A stretch of 64,000 nucleotides of DNA from Eledone cirrhosa (taxonomy: Eukaryota), in the NCBI GenBank assembly GCA_964016885.1, contig OZ024751.1:39184001-39248000 (forward strand), given 5' to 3'. The number at the start of each line of letters is the position of its first letter. Position 1 is the first letter of the stretch. Below are positions 59,787-64,000 of the stretch, piece by piece. The notes under the pieces are model-generated. The model had not been told where the DNA came from and made no database searches. It saw only the letters and a program-made list of their open reading frames with translations. The position numbers and the translations under genes were made by a program.

Positions 59787-59885
59787 GTATATATACATAT
59801 ACATATATAAATATACATATATATATATATTTATATATGTGTATATATATATATGTATAGATATATAGATATATATGTATATTTA

Positions 59886-59927
<42 letters not shown>

Positions 59928-60035
59928 TATATACATATATAAATATACATATATATATATATAAATATATATATATATATCACTCTTTCTATCTTTCACT
60001 ATCTATCCATCTTTCTCTCTCGCTCTCTCTCTCTT

Positions 60036-60111
<76 letters not shown>

Positions 60112-60578
60112 ACGTGACCATTATTATTCAGAAGAGTGAAAGACATCTGCAACCATTGTTTTCATTTTGGCTTTGTTATCGTCCTTTTTAGCGAACCCAT
60201 TCTTTGTGGCTGTCGACGAATCGGAACCATTCAACTTTCGTGACTTTGCCAATAGAAGTCAAAACAGTAAAAACATCGACTTCTATCGAATTATACTTTG
60301 GTCGTCATCTCTTCCTTTGTAGGTGATTCTTGATTTTCTTGAATCAATTTACTATGTTTTAAGGACTCTACTAGAGAGTGGAGAGAAGGAAGGATCAATC
60401 GGAAGCTACAATAGTAGGTTAGTTTGTGTTGTTGTTGTTGTTACTATTGTTGTTAGTGTTGTTAGTGTTGTTAGTGTTGTTAGTGTTGTTAGTATATCTT
60501 AATATATATCTATCTATACATATGTATATATATATATATGTATATATATATATCTATATATCTCTATCTATCTATGTG

Positions 60579-60655
<77 letters not shown>

Positions 60656-60776
60656 TAGATAGATAGAGATATATAGATAGATAGATAGATATATAGATAG
60701 ATATATTTCTTTTATTTGCCACTAGGGCATCAAAAGTGGGATAGATATATAGATAGATAGATAGATAGATAGATAT

Positions 60777-60847
<71 letters not shown>

Positions 60848-60891
60848 ATATATGTATAGATAGATAGATAGATAATATATATGTATCTATC

Positions 60892-60924
<33 letters not shown>

Positions 60925-61097
60925 ATGTGTGTGTATGTGTGTGTGTAAATGTGAAGGTGAGTAGCTTAGTTATTAGAGCGTTGGGTTAACAATCGTGAGG
61001 GTTTAAGTTCACGTTGCTTCAGTTCACTCATATATATATATATATATATATACATATATACATACATATATATATACATATATATATATACATATAC

Positions 61098-61134
<37 letters not shown>

Positions 61135-61183
61135 TGTGTATATATATATAAACTATATATAATATAAAATCAAACTCACCTCA

Positions 61184-61243
<60 letters not shown>

Positions 61244-62837
61244 TAGTGTTTATTTCATGTTTCTACCCTCAAGCAAAGTAAATATGTTTTATAGGCGCCA
61301 TTAAAACTGCTCACTGAGAGGGAACCCCACACCACTTGCTTTCGGCTTATAATTTGATAACAACATCAACTCTGCTATCAGCAACTATCCACCTTAGAGT
61401 ATCGATTACCCTAGCTATTGTTTTGCTAGTTGTGTTCTCTACTATTGTTCTATTGTGTTGTTTTGTTGTTGTGTTTGTCGATAGTGATGGTAGTGGTAGT
61501 AGTGGTGGTGGTGGTGGCGGTGGTGGTGGTGGCGGTGGTGGTGTTGGTGGTAGTGGTAGTAGTGGTGGTGGTGGTGGTGGCGGTAGTACTGTTGCTGTTG
61601 TTGTTGTTGTTGTTGTTGTTATATTTTTTAAAAAAATTCCTACTTCTACTGTGACAAATTTCTTCTTTGAAAACAATTCTTAAAACTGATAATTTTCCTG
61701 ATTACAACAATAGATCATTGCTGAAGTTTTCTCGGAAAATTATAAAAATTATTAAAAATAAATGACATTTATAATAAATTCACCTTACATAGAAAACACA
61801 TTAAAAAATCTAGTCAGCTTACATATCTTATAATCGGCAATACAGATCAAAGAATCCACACAAGAAATATTGTTGTTGTTGTTGCTATTGTCTGTGTAGG
61901 TTTGTGTATTGTGTTTTTAGCCTTTTGTATATTTGTTTTGTTTTTTTCTTTTTTTTTTTTTTTTTGGTCGGGTTTTTTTTCTTAAATTATAAACAGTAAA
62001 GCATTAATTTAAATGAATTCAAGTCGTTGATATGAAAAAATATAAACCAAATAAAAAAAAATTATAAACCAAATAAAAAAAATTATAAACCAAATATATA
62101 AAAAGAAGTAAACTATTCAAAAACTGATGAGAAAAGATGTTGAAATCAAAGTGATTTATGAAAAGTCATCAAAATTTATTTCATGTCATTGAATTAGCGA
62201 AGAAAAACTGAAGAAGAAGAAGAAGAAGAAGAAGAAGAAGAAGAAGAAGAAGAAGAAGAAGAAGAAGAAGAAGAAGAAGAAGAAGAAGAAGAAGAAATGT
62301 AATAATTATATTGAAAAACATTATAAAATATATTTTATGTATTTTATAATGTTTATGTATATATTTTTTTTCTGTATCCTCTCGGCTGGTATATATTTGC
62401 TGTAAGATGACTTTTCATTATTTAAACAAAATAATAATAATAATCAAGAATAGAAGTATTAGAGAATATAAAAATATAGTAACAAGAAGAAATTTGAGTG
62501 AGAAAAAAGAGATAATGGGAGCTATGGAGAGAGAGAAAGAAAGAGAGAGAGGAAAAGAGGCAAAGAGAAGAAAAAGGAAGTGAAAATGAGGGAAGAAGAG
62601 AGATGAAGAGAGAGAGGGGGGGGAAGAAAGAAAGTTAGACAGGAAAAAGAGAGATAGCGAAGAAAGAGGAAAAGAGAATGAGAGATAAAAAAGAGATAAT
62701 GAAAGCTATGGAGAGGGAGAAAGACAGACAGAGAGAGAGAGATATATATAGAGAGAGAGAAAGAGAGAGAGAGAGGAAAAGATAAAGAGAGAAGAAAGAC
62801 GAAGAGAGAATGAGAGATAAAAAAAGAGAGAGATAGT

Positions 62838-62904
<67 letters not shown>

Positions 62905-63479
62905 AATGTGAAAGTGAAAGTAGGAAAAGTATTGATGTAAGATTGGGTTAGAAAAACAAAAGAAAGTTAGAGAAGCTACTTATTCTTGAGAGATATCATT
63001 GTTTGGTGAAGAACAATGGTGGAGAGATACATCTATCTGATCTAGGTAGTGGTGGCGGTGGTAGTGGTGGTGGTGGTAGTGTTAGTCGTGCTGGTGGTAG
63101 TGTTAGTCGTGCTGGTGGTATTGGCGGTCGTGTTGATGATGTTGATTGTAGTTTTGATGGTACCAATGGTGGTGATTGTGGTGGTGTTAGAGACGGTGCT
63201 CGTGGTTGGAATGGTAGCATTGATGGTAATTATTGTGGTGATGGTGATGGTGATGGTGTTGGTGGTAGCGGTGGCAGTGATGACTAAACAGAATTAATTG
63301 GCTTAAGTAATGTATCTTTGATATGTACTCATTCGTCCAGATGGAAGGAATCATCGGAGCTCTTAGTGATAGAATGTATTGAGCACTTTATGTCTGGTGG
63401 AGCTCATCAGTCGTCAGGTATCAATGTGGTCGATTTCTTTCAGAGTAGAAGAAAGATTGTGAGACAGTGGGGAGTGAGG

Positions 63480-63652
63480 AAACGATGTAGGGGAAGAATT
63501 GACCCCAATACTAAACTGGTACTTCCTTAGCGAGCTCGGGAGGATAAAATACAAACATAATAAGAAGGCTGGAAATTTGAACAAAGAGCGCAGATGCCCA
63601 GAACAAATAAGACAAAGTATTTTAATCAACCAGCTAACCGACTCTACAATTT
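63480..63652 (-). mobile_element. Old degenerate copy of the tRNA-headed SINE
   Basis: gaccccaata...actggtactt...ggataaaa...atttgaac...accgactcta appears in SINE order. Other old copies at about 32094-32205, 34425-34580 and 53085-53220. Confidence 0.5.
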
Positions 63653-64000
63653 TGTTGTGGGACTGACGAATTATAGAAGGGAGTAACCAAACGAATGAAA
63701 GCGGGAGGCGGGGTTGAAGAAGGTAGAAAAGATAGCGAAGGGGAGAGAATAGAGAGAGAGTTAGCAAGAGAGATAATGATTGATACATAGAGGGAGAAAC
63801 GGGTCCATATATATACATATGTACTTTAAAGTTCCTTAGAGATGTATATTACACCTTGTATTTAGTGTGTCTTGATATGAAAGTTAAATGTGAGACGTTT
63901 ATTTCTAAATCAAATATAGAAGTGTATTCATTTAGACTTTTTTTAGATTACGGATTTCCGTTAATAGACTGCGGCCAATCTGGGGCACAATCGCGAAATG

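Noticed and set aside
62996-63297. Gly-rich and Pro-rich ORFs
   Set aside because: They are degenerate (GGT)n repeat, as at 61490-61590 and 15250-15320.

Overview
AT-rich, repeat-dominated eukaryotic DNA with a 200-N assembly gap at 57361-57560. From the SINE families and the extreme (TA)n load it is most likely intronic or intergenic cephalopod (Octopus-like) sequence; that assignment is inference. No protein-coding gene can be supported, and almost every ORF in the track is a microsatellite translation. Recognisable elements are tRNA-headed SINEs, two mariner-type MITEs, three kinds of LINE remnant (RTE, CR1/L2-group and a CRE-clade 3' end with a 17-bp TSD) and several mini-satellites (27, 56, 70, 83 and 100 bp units). 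The main hidden signal is a set of at least five short non-coding element families, all embedded in (TA)n runs. Most copies are fold-back palindromes, carry whole or partial type-I hammerhead ribozyme motifs and join the TA run at internal TAT sites. Three families also share a bulged stem-loop downstream of the ribozyme. They look like non-autonomous Penelope-like (retrozyme-like) retroelements. In family A the fold-back apex lies in the predicted ribozyme stem II, which removes the catalytic CUGANGA box.
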